Virus record (IMG/VR): IMGVR_UViG_3300045988_168162
Location: 32,001 to 96,000 of that record
Direction: 5' to 3' (one strand)
DNA length: 64,000 nucleotides
DNA from: a virus
The notes under the pieces are model-generated. The model did not search any database. It was given only the letters and a program-made list of their open reading frames with translations, and had not been told where the DNA came from. Positions 8,811 through 17,706 of this stretch are shown one piece after another. A program made the position numbers and the translations under genes. How positions within the stretch are numbered: position 1 is the first letter of the stretch; every line of letters starts with the position of its first letter.

Positions 8811-9446
8811 TCAATCGAGTAATGCTTTGTCGATGGTTTGGAAATTGGCGCGGTGGATATAGAGCGCACGGCCGTCGATCATGAGTTTGGTTGTCTTGGG
8901 CAGATTTTGACAGACTTCCCAATAGACATTCTCGCCGCTGTAAGCGCAGATGGGATCACCGAGCTGGCTTTGGATAACGACAACAACGGGCTTACCGAAA
9001 GCGTTTTTATAAGAATTGACGGTTTTAGCAATAATAGGGTTCTCACCCAGACTGCCATCGGTCGTGCTGTGAATATCCTGAACCTGAAAGTCAACATCAG
9101 GCTCCAAGCCTTCCTCGGCAAAAATAACGGTGGAGCCGCAGTTATTGATCTGTTTACCATCTACCGTAATGGTAACGACGGACGACATCGTTTTTGTAAC
9201 GCCCCAGCCGCCATCACTGGTGTAGGTGTATTCCTTAACGACGTTGGCGTTCATATCAATTTTTGAACCGGCGACATCCATGAATTCTTCGCCGTCATTG
9301 GTATAGAACTGGCAATTATATGTATGGCCTGTGATGCTGCCATTCATATCATGGACGCCGCTTTCTACGTTGGCGCAGGAAGAGAGGGATGCCGCCAGGA
9401 CGATGACGAGTGCAAGCGATGTGATATGGTGTATTGTCTTTTTCAT
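8811..9446 (-). CDS. Lipoprotein (211 aa)
   Basis: Signal peptide plus lipobox: MKKTIHHITSLALVIVLAASLSSC. Confidence 0.7.
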   Translation of the reverse strand: MKKTIHHITSLALVIVLAASLSSCANVESGVHDMNGSITGHTYNCQFYTNDGEEFMDVAGSKIDMNANVVKEYTYTSDGGWGVTKTMSSVVTITVDGKQINNCGSTVIFAEEGLEPDVDFQVQDIHSTTDGSLGENPIIAKTVNSYKNAFGKPVVVVIQSQLGDPICAYSGENVYWEVCQNLPKTTKLMIDGRALYIHRANFQTIDKALLD

Positions 9447-9457
9447 TGTGGGCCTCC

Positions 9458-10423
9458 TTACTGATTGGCGAGAGCGATCAGGGAGTTGCCGCAGGTGATG
9501 CGGTCGGCGTCCTCTTCTTTACTGGGAACAAACACGATGACGTCCCAACCGTCTTTGACGAGTGGCTGCTCGAACTTTTCGTAAACATCAAAATCGGTAA
9601 CGATTTCATAACCTTCGCTGACGGCCTCGACCGTTTCGTGGATGGGGGTGATCTTGACAATACACTTTTCTTTATCGAAGTATTTATTCATCAGATCCAC
9701 ATCGAGATTGTTCTGGGACGTGACAGCGAAGTTAAGGGTGTATTTACGTTTTTTAGGGGCGGGCAATTCTTTGATAATGTTGCTGATCTCCTGCAAAGAA
9801 AGGGAATGGCCGCGGAACATTTCATTGCGGGCGGCTTCATCCAATGTGTTGATGGAGAACTGCAGGCCGAAGCCATCCTCGCCGCCATAAACAGCGCCGG
9901 TACTGACCCATTGGTGCAGGAACTCTTTCAGGTTTTTATTTGCCTTTGGCATCATGGTAGAAACAACAGGATGATAGGTATCGAATTTGATATCGGAATT
10001 ACGGTCTTGCAGCATCCGTGCAATGAGCCTGGCGGACGTGATGACGTTGGGATTGAAAGTCGGTTCACCCATACGGGCGTAGTGAACATTCAATCTGGCG
10101 CCGTTATGGATACCTGACAGAGAGATGGCGGACATGATCTCGGACAAAAGCTCGGCCGTGGTGGCATTACCGTGGAACCCGAGCTTAGGGCAATCGCAGA
10201 AATTACAATTCATCGGGCAGCCCTTCTGACTGGAGACTGTGACGACCAGTTTTTCTTTGATATTCACCGGCTTATGCTCGACTTTTTCGATACGTTTGGT
10301 GTAGCCGAGAAAATCGGCTTTGATATTGTTTTCTTTGCCATAATCACCGACATAGAGATACTCAAGGCAAAGATCTGTATCGGAAATGATTTTGCCGGTG
10401 TGGGTTTGTGTAATCGTTCTCAT
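9458..10423 (-). CDS. Radical SAM enzyme, RlmN/Cfr-like
   Basis: VSSQKGCPMNCNFCDC (CxxxCxxC in the RlmN-type context VSSQ.GC), MGEPTFNP, and C-terminal DADRITCGNS, comparable to RlmN GDDIDAACGQ. Confidence 0.6.
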   Translation of the reverse strand: MRTITQTHTGKIISDTDLCLEYLYVGDYGKENNIKADFLGYTKRIEKVEHKPVNIKEKLVVTVSSQKGCPMNCNFCDCPKLGFHGNATTAELLSEIMSAISLSGIHNGARLNVHYARMGEPTFNPNVITSARLIARMLQDRNSDIKFDTYHPVVSTMMPKANKNLKEFLHQWVSTGAVYGGEDGFGLQFSINTLDEAARNEMFRGHSLSLQEISNIIKELPAPKKRKYTLNFAVTSQNNLDVDLMNKYFDKEKCIVKITPIHETVEAVSEGYEIVTDFDVYEKFEQPLVKDGWDVIVFVPSKEEDADRITCGNSLIALANQ

Positions 10424-10435
10424 TTTAAAACCTCC

Positions 10436-10813
10436 TTATCTGCGCCGCCGTTTCATCTCAGCAAGCCGTCCATACTCGCAGGAATACCGGAAATCCCAGC
10501 CGCTGATATGGTTGAGGTATCCCTCTGATACGGGAACACCTTCGTCCTCGTAAACATGCTGCCACCAGATCTTTTTGCGTTGCTCCGGCCACATGCCATC
10601 GGTGCCAAGCTGGTTGTACCACTCGCCGCGCTGGTTGTTGTAAGTGCCAGACCATTTGCGACGCACAGCACGAACCTGAGCAGAAACATCATTATCGGTC
10701 TCGCTGGGAATGCCGTAGCCTCCGGTGGAGTTGCTGCGATTCTCCGCGCCCATCATGGCGGCAGAGCCAAACAGGCCAGCGACACCTAACAGAAAAGCAG
10801 TTGCACCTAACAT
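10436..10813 (-). CDS. Membrane-anchored hypothetical protein (125 aa)
   Basis: ATG 10813 is preceded by TAGGAGTG. N-terminal TM segment MLGATAFLLGVAGLFGSAAMM. Confidence 0.6.
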   Translation of the reverse strand: MLGATAFLLGVAGLFGSAAMMGAENRSNSTGGYGIPSETDNDVSAQVRAVRRKWSGTYNNQRGEWYNQLGTDGMWPEQRKKIWWQHVYEDEGVPVSEGYLNHISGWDFRYSCEYGRLAEMKRRRR

Positions 10814-10826
10814 AAGATCACTCCTA

Positions 10827-11033
10827 TTAAATTTTTTTAGCACGACAGCGCATGATTTGGATGGCTTGTACGCTGCGGTTTAGTTTTGCGGACAGTTCGC
10901 GGTCTGGAATGGTATGGGAAAGAACCTGTGTGATTTCATGTGCGGTCCAGCCGCGGGGCTCGTACCCTTGGGTTTGCCGGTAATTATTGCGGCGATAGGT
11001 ATTTTTGGCTTCGTTATCTAATGTACTTCTTAT
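10827..11033 (-). CDS. Start-less in-frame ORF with Myb/SANT-like HTH (..GWTAHEITQVLSHTIPDRELSAKLNRSVQAIQIMRCRAKKI)
   Basis: Same frame as the 11040-11432 gene and separated from it only by TGA TGA. No ATG/GTG/TTG occurs until 7 codons before the stop. Confidence 0.3.
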   Translation of the reverse strand: MRSTLDNEAKNTYRRNNYRQTQGYEPRGWTAHEITQVLSHTIPDRELSAKLNRSVQAIQIMRCRAKKI

Positions 11034-11039
11034 GATTCA

Positions 11040-11432
11040 TCATATCCTTTCAGGCACAGGCTGCATGGTATCAATCAGATCATCCAGATCCATATTGACA
11101 ATGGCTGCGAACATATTGGCAGCTGCAATGCCGCTGTTGTGTCCCACATCCATTACGGCTGCGTAACCGGTATTAGCCACAGAGCGTCCCAAGGTTTCAT
11201 CGGTAACAGAATCCTCGTACATGGTTTCGGAAATACGAAAGCCAAGTTCCTCTTGCAGTTCTGGAATACGAGCAATAACGGCCAGCTTTTGCGCAGTGCT
11301 CTGATTGGTAAACGGAACAAGTTCATGGTCACAGTCGATACAGTTTGGCCGCTGATAAAGACCTGTACCAACATAGATCTGCTTACGGCCACAGTCAGGA
11401 CAGGTAAGCACATACCACGGGGTGTCGTTCAT
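11040..11432 (-). CDS. Zinc-ribbon protein (130 aa)
   Basis: ATG 11432 follows GAAAGGA. Contains CPDCGRKQ..NCIDCDHE. The upstream part of the ORF-track call overlaps the next gene. Confidence 0.6.
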   Translation of the reverse strand: MNDTPWYVLTCPDCGRKQIYVGTGLYQRPNCIDCDHELVPFTNQSTAQKLAVIARIPELQEELGFRISETMYEDSVTDETLGRSVANTGYAAVMDVGHNSGIAAANMFAAIVNMDLDDLIDTMQPVPERI

Positions 11433-11445
11433 AAGGATCATCCTT

Positions 11446-11787
11446 TCATTCCTTGATAATAAGAGCGCAGCTGCCGATGCGGTTGATGAAATCCTCGCCG
11501 TAGGTTTTATACAGCTCTTCAAAATCAGGGGTGTAGATGACATCATCGACATCGTGGAAATACTGGGCGAGCAGCTCGGCCATATCAACATCGGTAAGAC
11601 CGTAAAACTCATTGGTGAGGAACAGCTGGCCCAAGAGATTGCCGACTTCTTCAAACGGCGGGCCAAACTTGTCCAGCGAAATGTAATCGATATACTCGCC
11701 GTCGGAATCATAGAATTTGAGACGATCAGATTCCTCGGCGTTATTGGCGGACAGGAACTGGTTAGAAAATGAAAGAGATACGGACAT
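11446..11787 (-). CDS. Hypothetical acidic protein (113 aa)
   Basis: ORF track; AGGAGG upstream. Confidence 0.6.
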   Translation of the reverse strand: MSVSLSFSNQFLSANNAEESDRLKFYDSDGEYIDYISLDKFGPPFEEVGNLLGQLFLTNEFYGLTDVDMAELLAQYFHDVDDVIYTPDFEELYKTYGEDFINRIGSCALIIKE

Positions 11788-11789
11788 AA

Positions 11790-11954
11790 TTATTCCTCCT
11801 GTACAGGATGCAGGTCAATATGCCAGCCGTCATCTTCTTTGGTGCAGATGACACGGTCGATCAGTTGGCCGCCAACCGTCATAGCGATGGTCTCGCCCTT
11901 ACTTGGCAGACCATTGACGAGTTGTTTGAAATCTTTAAATGTAAAGGGAATCAT
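11790..11954 (-). CDS. Small hypothetical protein (54 aa, MIPFTFKDFKQLVNG..)
   Basis: Below the ORF-track cutoff. Fills the gap between neighbours exactly. Confidence 0.45.
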   Translation of the reverse strand: MIPFTFKDFKQLVNGLPSKGETIAMTVGGQLIDRVICTKEDDGWHIDLHPVQEE

Positions 11955-11956
11955 GG

Positions 11957-12292
11957 TTAGTCCTCAACTTTTACTTCTTCAACGCGGAACTCAGCAAAGG
12001 CATACAGGCCGCCAATTTCATTTCGATTCGGATCTGTGACCGTCATGCGGCTCCAATGGTAATCATCCGTCGGATCATCGGTTTCCTGATAATCAAACTT
12101 GAGCTGGCTGTTTTTGACTTCACAGTTTTGACGATACGAGTACATTTCCATTTCACCATAAGCAATAGCAGAATCGCGGTCAGGAAAGAAATGCACGTCT
12201 GTATTGATCTCGACAAGGTCGGCCATATCTGTAATCCAACCAGGGGTGTAGCTGTCAACACAGTGGTTGAGCGTTAATGTATAATACATCAC
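11957..12292 (-). CDS. Hypothetical protein (111 aa)
   Basis: ORF track; tight packing. Confidence 0.55.
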   Translation of the reverse strand: MMYYTLTLNHCVDSYTPGWITDMADLVEINTDVHFFPDRDSAIAYGEMEMYSYRQNCEVKNSQLKFDYQETDDPTDDYHWSRMTVTDPNRNEIGGLYAFAEFRVEEVKVED

Positions 12293-12303
12293 AACATCTC
12301 CTT

Positions 12304-12891
12304 TTAATTAAGGCATCCATAGAGCGGGTTCTTATCGCCGTACCAATAGGCATCATCGGTGAAGACGGAGGTTTCTTCTTTGTCGTCCCAATCAATGATG
12401 TCATCGGCATTGATGCATGGATAGGTCCCGCCATCAATGGTGACTGTTTCATTTTCGAGCTGGGCATCCTCGCCGGGGCAGCCTGCGCAGCCGATGTTGA
12501 ATACACGGTGTGTGAAAAGATCGACTTTGCAGGGGGAATCGAAATAGGAGCCGTCGTCCCAGTTGGAGGTAAAGGTGGCGTCCACGATCTGGGAGCTAGT
12601 GGTAAACAGGGGTTCATCTAGCGGCTTATGGTTGAACAGCTTGCTAAAGACATTGTTGTACTGCTCGTCCTTGAAGTGTTCGCCGTCATCAGTTTCTTGT
12701 GGATATTCAAATTCACCCTGAAATTCAGCCTGGTCGCCAATTTCATCGAAAATGGCAATGATGCCCTGCAGCATATTGTCGAGATCGCCGTTATGATATG
12801 TATCGAAAAACTTGTCCGTCAGTTCAACCAGAAGCATTTTTTGCTGGTAGAAAGATACTGGATCAAGGTTCAGATTTACAGTAGTATTCAT
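12304..12891 (-). CDS. Hypothetical protein (195 aa)
   Basis: ATG 12891 follows AGAGGTG. Confidence 0.55.
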   Translation of the reverse strand: MNTTVNLNLDPVSFYQQKMLLVELTDKFFDTYHNGDLDNMLQGIIAIFDEIGDQAEFQGEFEYPQETDDGEHFKDEQYNNVFSKLFNHKPLDEPLFTTSSQIVDATFTSNWDDGSYFDSPCKVDLFTHRVFNIGCAGCPGEDAQLENETVTIDGGTYPCINADDIIDWDDKEETSVFTDDAYWYGDKNPLYGCLN

Positions 12892-12967
12892 ATGGTTCAC
12901 CTCTTTTACTCCAGCGTGATCTTGACTTGACATTGGTTGTAATTCTTTGACATGGTGCAGAGCCTCC

Positions 12968-13600
12968 TTATTTAAGCGTTTCGTTTACGAAAAAGATGTT
13001 GTTATGTTCGTAGCATTTATGACATGTCAGGCAGTTGCGGGCACCGCAGTTGATTTCGACATTGTGCTGTTTGCTGTACGCCTTATCGTAGACGGTGAAT
13101 ACCTTATCGATCCAGCTGTAGTTGGAGAAATCCTGCGAGACCTGATTGAGGTGGTCGGAGCTGTATACGCAAATCAGATTGTCCGGCTTGCCAAGCTCCT
13201 TAATGGCCTTATCCATGAAAGCTGCGTTCTTCGTCCAGAGAGCGATCGTACACCACGGATTCGCCCTGGCAATGCGGATGTAGTTCTTGGCGTGGGTCAC
13301 ATTGACAAGGTCGCCATGGCTTTCAAACCGGGCAATGCGGCTATTCAGGACGGGCAGCTCGTAAACCTCAAGGTCATGACTGGAAAGGATCTTGGTGTTT
13401 CCTGCATAGCGGTTTCGTGCGGCGGGATAGATGGCCAGACCACGCTTGGCATAGCAGTGTGAGCATACGCTGGTTTCATCCTTGGCACGCTGCTCACAAA
13501 TGGGATTGCAGAGCATACTGGTGGTGATGGTCGGAATGCCATTCATTTTGCCTTGCGGGTGAGAGATAAAAATCTGTTCTATGACACGATCATTTTTCAT
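12968..13600 (-). CDS. Cys-rich hypothetical protein (210 aa)
   Basis: ATG 13600 follows GAAAGGAT. Contains LCNPICEQRAKDETSVCSHCY and FESHGDL..ALWTKN. Confidence 0.55.
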   Translation of the reverse strand: MKNDRVIEQIFISHPQGKMNGIPTITTSMLCNPICEQRAKDETSVCSHCYAKRGLAIYPAARNRYAGNTKILSSHDLEVYELPVLNSRIARFESHGDLVNVTHAKNYIRIARANPWCTIALWTKNAAFMDKAIKELGKPDNLICVYSSDHLNQVSQDFSNYSWIDKVFTVYDKAYSKQHNVEINCGARNCLTCHKCYEHNNIFFVNETLK

Positions 13601-13749
13601 TTTATGTATCCTTTCTTGGCAGCGCACAAGAGCGGATACAATATTCAATTTTTATATCTCACCCTTGGTGGCTGGTATTACAGCATCAGCGCGACGAAAA
13701 GTGGTTGTTTTGTTTCAATCAGGGCAAGGAGATCCATTATGATTCCTCC

Positions 13750-13950
13750 TCACTCATCCATCGGGATGGCATCCGTCACCTCATAGTGGCCGTTTCGCAT
13801 GGAATAGCCAATGTTACTGGCAACATCAGCGCTCATGTTTGCATCACCATTATTCAATGCCTGACTTACCTTTTCGATGGCATCATCAGCGCTCTCAGCA
13901 TCAATGTAGACAGTCGTGGAAACAGAAATGACAACTTTGTAGGTATTCAT
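13750..13950 (-). CDS. Hypothetical protein (66 aa)
   Basis: ORF track; stop/start overlap with the next gene. Confidence 0.5.
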   Translation of the reverse strand: MNTYKVVISVSTTVYIDAESADDAIEKVSQALNNGDANMSADVASNIGYSMRNGHYEVTDAIPMDE

Positions 13951-14186
13951 AATACACTCTCCTTGAAAAAGCCCCAGTTTGTCATAGTCGATTCGATACG
14001 GTCGGAAAGATCGCCATAATCACAGCCGTAGATGTTTGTATCACTGCAGGATGCATCACCGATGGCATCCATGTCGCGGTCGGGATTGTCGATCTTGACA
14101 CCCTTTTCATCGAGAAAGTCTTCGAAGATGTCAATGATCTGGCCGATAAATTCGAGCTTATCGCTGTTTGTCATATGATATATCAC
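13947..14186 (-). CDS. Hypothetical acidic protein (79 aa)
   Basis: ORF track; operon packing. Confidence 0.5.
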   Translation of the reverse strand: MIYHMTNSDKLEFIGQIIDIFEDFLDEKGVKIDNPDRDMDAIGDASCSDTNIYGCDYGDLSDRIESTMTNWGFFKESVL

Positions 14187-14248
14187 TCCTTTGTGTAACC
14201 GGTGGCGGTGATTTCATTTTTAAAGTTGATCATTTTCAGAACCTCTTA

Positions 14249-14437
14249 TCAGTCATTCATATATTGGAAGTCGTGAATAATACCGAGCTTGTTTAGAAGA
14301 TCGATTAGGCCATCATGGACCCCTTCAATATAACCAGTATCATAACCAGGGTCAGAAATTTCAAGATTGTCGTCATTGTCTTTGATAAGAGCGGCAACAA
14401 CATTGCGGATTTGTGACGACGTATAGGAATTTTCCAT
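14249..14437 (-). CDS. Hypothetical protein (62 aa)
   Basis: ORF track. Confidence 0.45.
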   Translation of the reverse strand: MENSYTSSQIRNVVAALIKDNDDNLEISDPGYDTGYIEGVHDGLIDLLNKLGIIHDFQYMND

Positions 14438-14455
14438 TTGCAGAACCCCTCCGTT

Positions 14456-14632
14456 TTATTCAACTTCTACCATTTCGAGCAGATCATATGCACTGGAGCC
14501 GTCATCGGTTTCATCGTCAAGGCGCTGAAGCAGCTCTTTCATTGCATCATTTTTATCTTCTGCTGTGACAAGGTAGGTATCGCTAAATTTGCGTTTATTG
14601 TTGTAAACACGACAATCATACAGATGTCTCAT
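14456..14632 (-). CDS. Small hypothetical protein (58 aa, MRHLYDCRVYNNKRKF..)
   Basis: Below the ORF-track cutoff; overlaps the upstream stop. Confidence 0.4.
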   Translation of the reverse strand: MRHLYDCRVYNNKRKFSDTYLVTAEDKNDAMKELLQRLDDETDDGSSAYDLLEMVEVE

Positions 14633-14823
14633 ACTTCGTCATGCTCCTTTGCGACAAGTTTCTGCAGCTTTTCATACAGTTTGCTGCAGGCATTAGCTCG
14701 CTGCTTTGCCAACTTGGCCTCTCCGCCTTCAAGTGTGCTTGCATATTCCTCGAAGTTTTCGCGGTTGGCTTCCAAGGCATCAATAATGGTCCAGAGTTGA
14801 TTATCAGTTAAAGTGATTTTCAT
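14629..14823 (-). CDS. Hypothetical protein (64 aa)
   Basis: ATG 14823 follows GGAGGTG. Confidence 0.5.
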   Translation of the reverse strand: MKITLTDNQLWTIIDALEANRENFEEYASTLEGGEAKLAKQRANACSKLYEKLQKLVAKEHDEV

Positions 14824-14836
14824 GGTTACACCTCCG

Positions 14837-15055
14837 TCAATGCCAGTCGTGGGAATTAAATTCTTCGATTGCACGGTCAAGCTCGTCACAATCATTTGAA
14901 ATGCGTTTTTGATCGTCCAACCACTTAGGAGGAACAACCATATCTTTCCTTTCATTTCTTGTGATTTGTTCTTCTGCAAAACACAGTGATTCGTTTGCGC
15001 GTTCCCGCTCATCAGAAAGAGCCTTATAAATTCGTTGTAAGGTTTTAAAGGTCAT
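14837..15055 (-). CDS. Hypothetical protein (72 aa)
   Basis: ATG 15055 follows GAGGTG. Confidence 0.5.
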   Translation of the reverse strand: MTFKTLQRIYKALSDERERANESLCFAEEQITRNERKDMVVPPKWLDDQKRISNDCDELDRAIEEFNSHDWH

Positions 15056-15082
15056 ACCGCACCTCAATCGAAGCTTTGTTTT

Positions 15083-15355
15083 TTATTCGTCCGTTAAAAT
15101 GATATCTTCGCCAACGACCAGCGAGAGCGGATGAGAATTATAATGATCTGTGATACCCCAGCAGTTATAATACTCGTTATCTTCATCCAGACCAACGCCC
15201 TCATTTACATCATCCAAAATATCTTGCGTAGTTGGAAGTTCGGTTTCGTCGGCAGTATCAATGCCAGCATCCAAAACCTCTTTTCGCTTGGCAGCGCACT
15301 CTGCAATAAAGCGTTTGACAGTCCGATAACCATTGACAGTAAAAACGTATCGCAT
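15083..15355 (-). CDS. Hypothetical protein (90 aa)
   Basis: ORF track. Confidence 0.5.
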   Translation of the reverse strand: MRYVFTVNGYRTVKRFIAECAAKRKEVLDAGIDTADETELPTTQDILDDVNEGVGLDEDNEYYNCWGITDHYNSHPLSLVVGEDIILTDE

Positions 15356-15367
15356 GTTGTACCTCCG

Positions 15368-15754
15368 TCATTGACAAATTTCCCAGCCTTCATCCCACAG
15401 ATAACGTTCTCTAAGCTCACACCAAATCTGTCTTGAAATATCCTTGATCTCTTGATGTACACAGATGTGTTTCCAAATTTCTTTGGTTTCCTCGACTGTG
15501 CGTGGTTCGTAGATGTTGTTGAGCCACTTTGCAATGGTTTCGTTGGTACCATCTGGAAATATAAAGCGCGGTTTGTTTGTGTCATCGGAAATGTAGGACC
15601 CAAACCACCGGTTGAGGGTGCCTTTCGGCGCGGCTTTTTCGCGCTGTTTCAGATCCTTTGTTTTGACACCACCAAAGACGGCGGCGACTGCGCAGACTTC
15701 CTCGTCAAAGCGCGGATAGCTGGCGCTACCGGCATATTCATAACTCATGCCCAT
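15368..15754 (-). CDS. Hypothetical protein (128 aa)
   Basis: ATG 15754 follows AAAGGGAA. Confidence 0.5.
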   Translation of the reverse strand: MGMSYEYAGSASYPRFDEEVCAVAAVFGGVKTKDLKQREKAAPKGTLNRWFGSYISDDTNKPRFIFPDGTNETIAKWLNNIYEPRTVEETKEIWKHICVHQEIKDISRQIWCELRERYLWDEGWEICQ

Positions 15755-15814
15755 AATAGGTTCCCTTTCATCAAACATAAACTTTATTGATTCGCGATTA
15801 ACGTAGTATCGTTG

Positions 15815-16270
15815 TTATTCCTTTTCTACAACTTCTATAATTTTATAAAAGTCTCCATATTCCTTAAAGATACGTTCCTGCTCTGCAGATGCGGCCTCAA
15901 AATCAAACCTTTTTGCAGCAGCAAGGCAAGCTGTATCTGCGCATTCGTCCAAAGAAATATAAAGTGGAACACGGGATGTACGGATGCTTCGCTTAAGAAC
16001 ATATTGAGGTTCATCGATGCTAATACTGAATACAGACCATGTTGTAACATCATTTGCTGGCGTATTTTTTTCTAGTGTGATTTTTAATGTCTGATGGTCA
16101 CTTCTCATACAACAATTGATACCATTTTTAAGGCTATTGTCGAATTCTTTGTTGGCGTCACGAACTGCTGCTTGAAAGCACTCAACATCACTATCAAATG
16201 GGCCAACCACAGTAATATCTGGATCAAAAGAATATGTACACAAGTAATACCATTTACACATAAGTTTCAC
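15815..16270 (-). CDS. Hypothetical protein (151 aa)
   Basis: ORF track. Confidence 0.5.
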   Translation of the reverse strand: MKLMCKWYYLCTYSFDPDITVVGPFDSDVECFQAAVRDANKEFDNSLKNGINCCMRSDHQTLKITLEKNTPANDVTTWSVFSISIDEPQYVLKRSIRTSRVPLYISLDECADTACLAAAKRFDFEAASAEQERIFKEYGDFYKIIEVVEKE

Positions 16271-16299
16271 CTCATCTTTTCACAAAAATAGAAAACCTA

Positions 16300-16698
16300 T
16301 CAGTCGTAGAAATCTCTCACGATAGTTTCGCACCATTCATCATTCGGGATGCCGTCATCGGCGCTGTCGATGAAAGAGTTGGCAATCGTCTCCGCATCGC
16401 CTTCATCCATGGCACGCTTGATACGATCTTCGATTTCATCTGTAGACCATTCATCATCGTATCTGTATTTGTTTTGGAAGTATTCACGGATGTAATACTT
16501 GGCTTCTTCAGTAGCACGTCGCATGAGTTCATTTTCATGCTCATCTACAACGATAGAATCAAGGTTTGTGAGGACAAGTTCAAAAGATTCAATGCGACCG
16601 AGTTCGTACATTGAAAGAAACTTGTCACCGAGCATCACATAATTGTCCATTTTCTTTTTGCTGGTAGCCAGTAATTCTTCTAAGTTTTTCTTAGTCAT
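16300..16698 (-). CDS. Hypothetical acidic protein (132 aa)
   Basis: ORF track. Confidence 0.55.
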   Translation of the reverse strand: MTKKNLEELLATSKKKMDNYVMLGDKFLSMYELGRIESFELVLTNLDSIVVDEHENELMRRATEEAKYYIREYFQNKYRYDDEWSTDEIEDRIKRAMDEGDAETIANSFIDSADDGIPNDEWCETIVRDFYD

Positions 16699-16728
16699 AA
16701 ATGTTACCTCAATTCATAAAACGATTTC

Positions 16729-16947
16729 TTAGCGAATGGGGATATTCTTTCTGAGAGAAAAAACGTAAGCAAACTTAGGGTCAAGATCAAAAACGTGGTC
16801 TGTGCGGAACACTTCTTCGGCGTTGTTTTGCAAAACTCGTTTTGCTTTTTCACTGGCTTCCTGTTTGGAGTTGGCGGCAAGAATAACTTCTTCACCATAA
16901 ATTCTTGCGCCGTCATCCATAACACCAACAACTTTGTACCAATTCAT
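16729..16947 (-). CDS. Hypothetical protein (72 aa)
   Basis: ORF track. Confidence 0.5.
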   Translation of the reverse strand: MNWYKVVGVMDDGARIYGEEVILAANSKQEASEKAKRVLQNNAEEVFRTDHVFDLDPKFAYVFSLRKNIPIR

Positions 16948-16961
16948 GTTGTCACCTTAAC

Positions 16962-17294
16962 TTACTTTTTTACAGCATTCGATAAATGTTCACACAGGGA
17001 ATTAAGCTTCTCGGCCATTTCGTCCGCGTCACGAAGCAAGGTGCGGATACCAGGTGCCTCACGCATATCGACGCAGAAGAGAGCGTGTTCTTCGGGATCG
17101 AAATCTTCAGCGTATTCGTACAGGCTATGTAAAATTTCATCATCGTTGCTGCCATAAAGATAGACAAGGAAATCCTCACCGGCGGGAGACCATGTTTCAA
17201 GTTCAAGACCAATGGGATTTGTATCGTTATCAAAATCGACACTATAGAGCCAACCTTTTTCTTGGATGGCATTAAGTAGAGTATTAGAAAACAT
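16962..17294 (-). CDS. Hypothetical acidic protein (110 aa)
   Basis: ORF track. Confidence 0.55.
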   Translation of the reverse strand: MFSNTLLNAIQEKGWLYSVDFDNDTNPIGLELETWSPAGEDFLVYLYGSNDDEILHSLYEYAEDFDPEEHALFCVDMREAPGIRTLLRDADEMAEKLNSLCEHLSNAVKK

Positions 17295-17371
17295 TATGCT
17301 CTCCTTTGTTGGTTAAAAATGAATTCTTTTGTACATTGGGCGCCGAGGATATGTATGTGCCACGAGATATT

Positions 17372-17686
17372 TCATTTTACATTCACCTTTAACAGATAAT
17401 TGATGGTGTCTGTTAGATTCTGTACGGAATTGATGCCGTAACCGTAGACACATTCGATTATTGTGTCAGAGCTTCCCTGCACGAGTTCACAGTAGTGTTC
17501 CCACTGGAATGTGCCGTCGTCTTTCATGCAAAGTTCAAAGGAAATGTCGAGCAGGACATCCGGCGTATCGGTGACGAATACCATGGTTCTAGTATCAAAC
17601 CCGGCAGGCATTTCACCTTGGCCGTCCCAGTTTGTGGGATTCATTTCATGCAGAAATGCTTTTGCGATTTCATCAGGCTTCATCAT
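17372..17686 (-). CDS. Hypothetical protein (104 aa)
   Basis: ATG 17686 follows GGGAGGGA. Confidence 0.5.
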   Translation of the reverse strand: MMKPDEIAKAFLHEMNPTNWDGQGEMPAGFDTRTMVFVTDTPDVLLDISFELCMKDDGTFQWEHYCELVQGSSDTIIECVYGYGINSVQNLTDTINYLLKVNVK

Positions 17687-17706
17687 GCGATTCGTCCCTC
17701 CCAACC

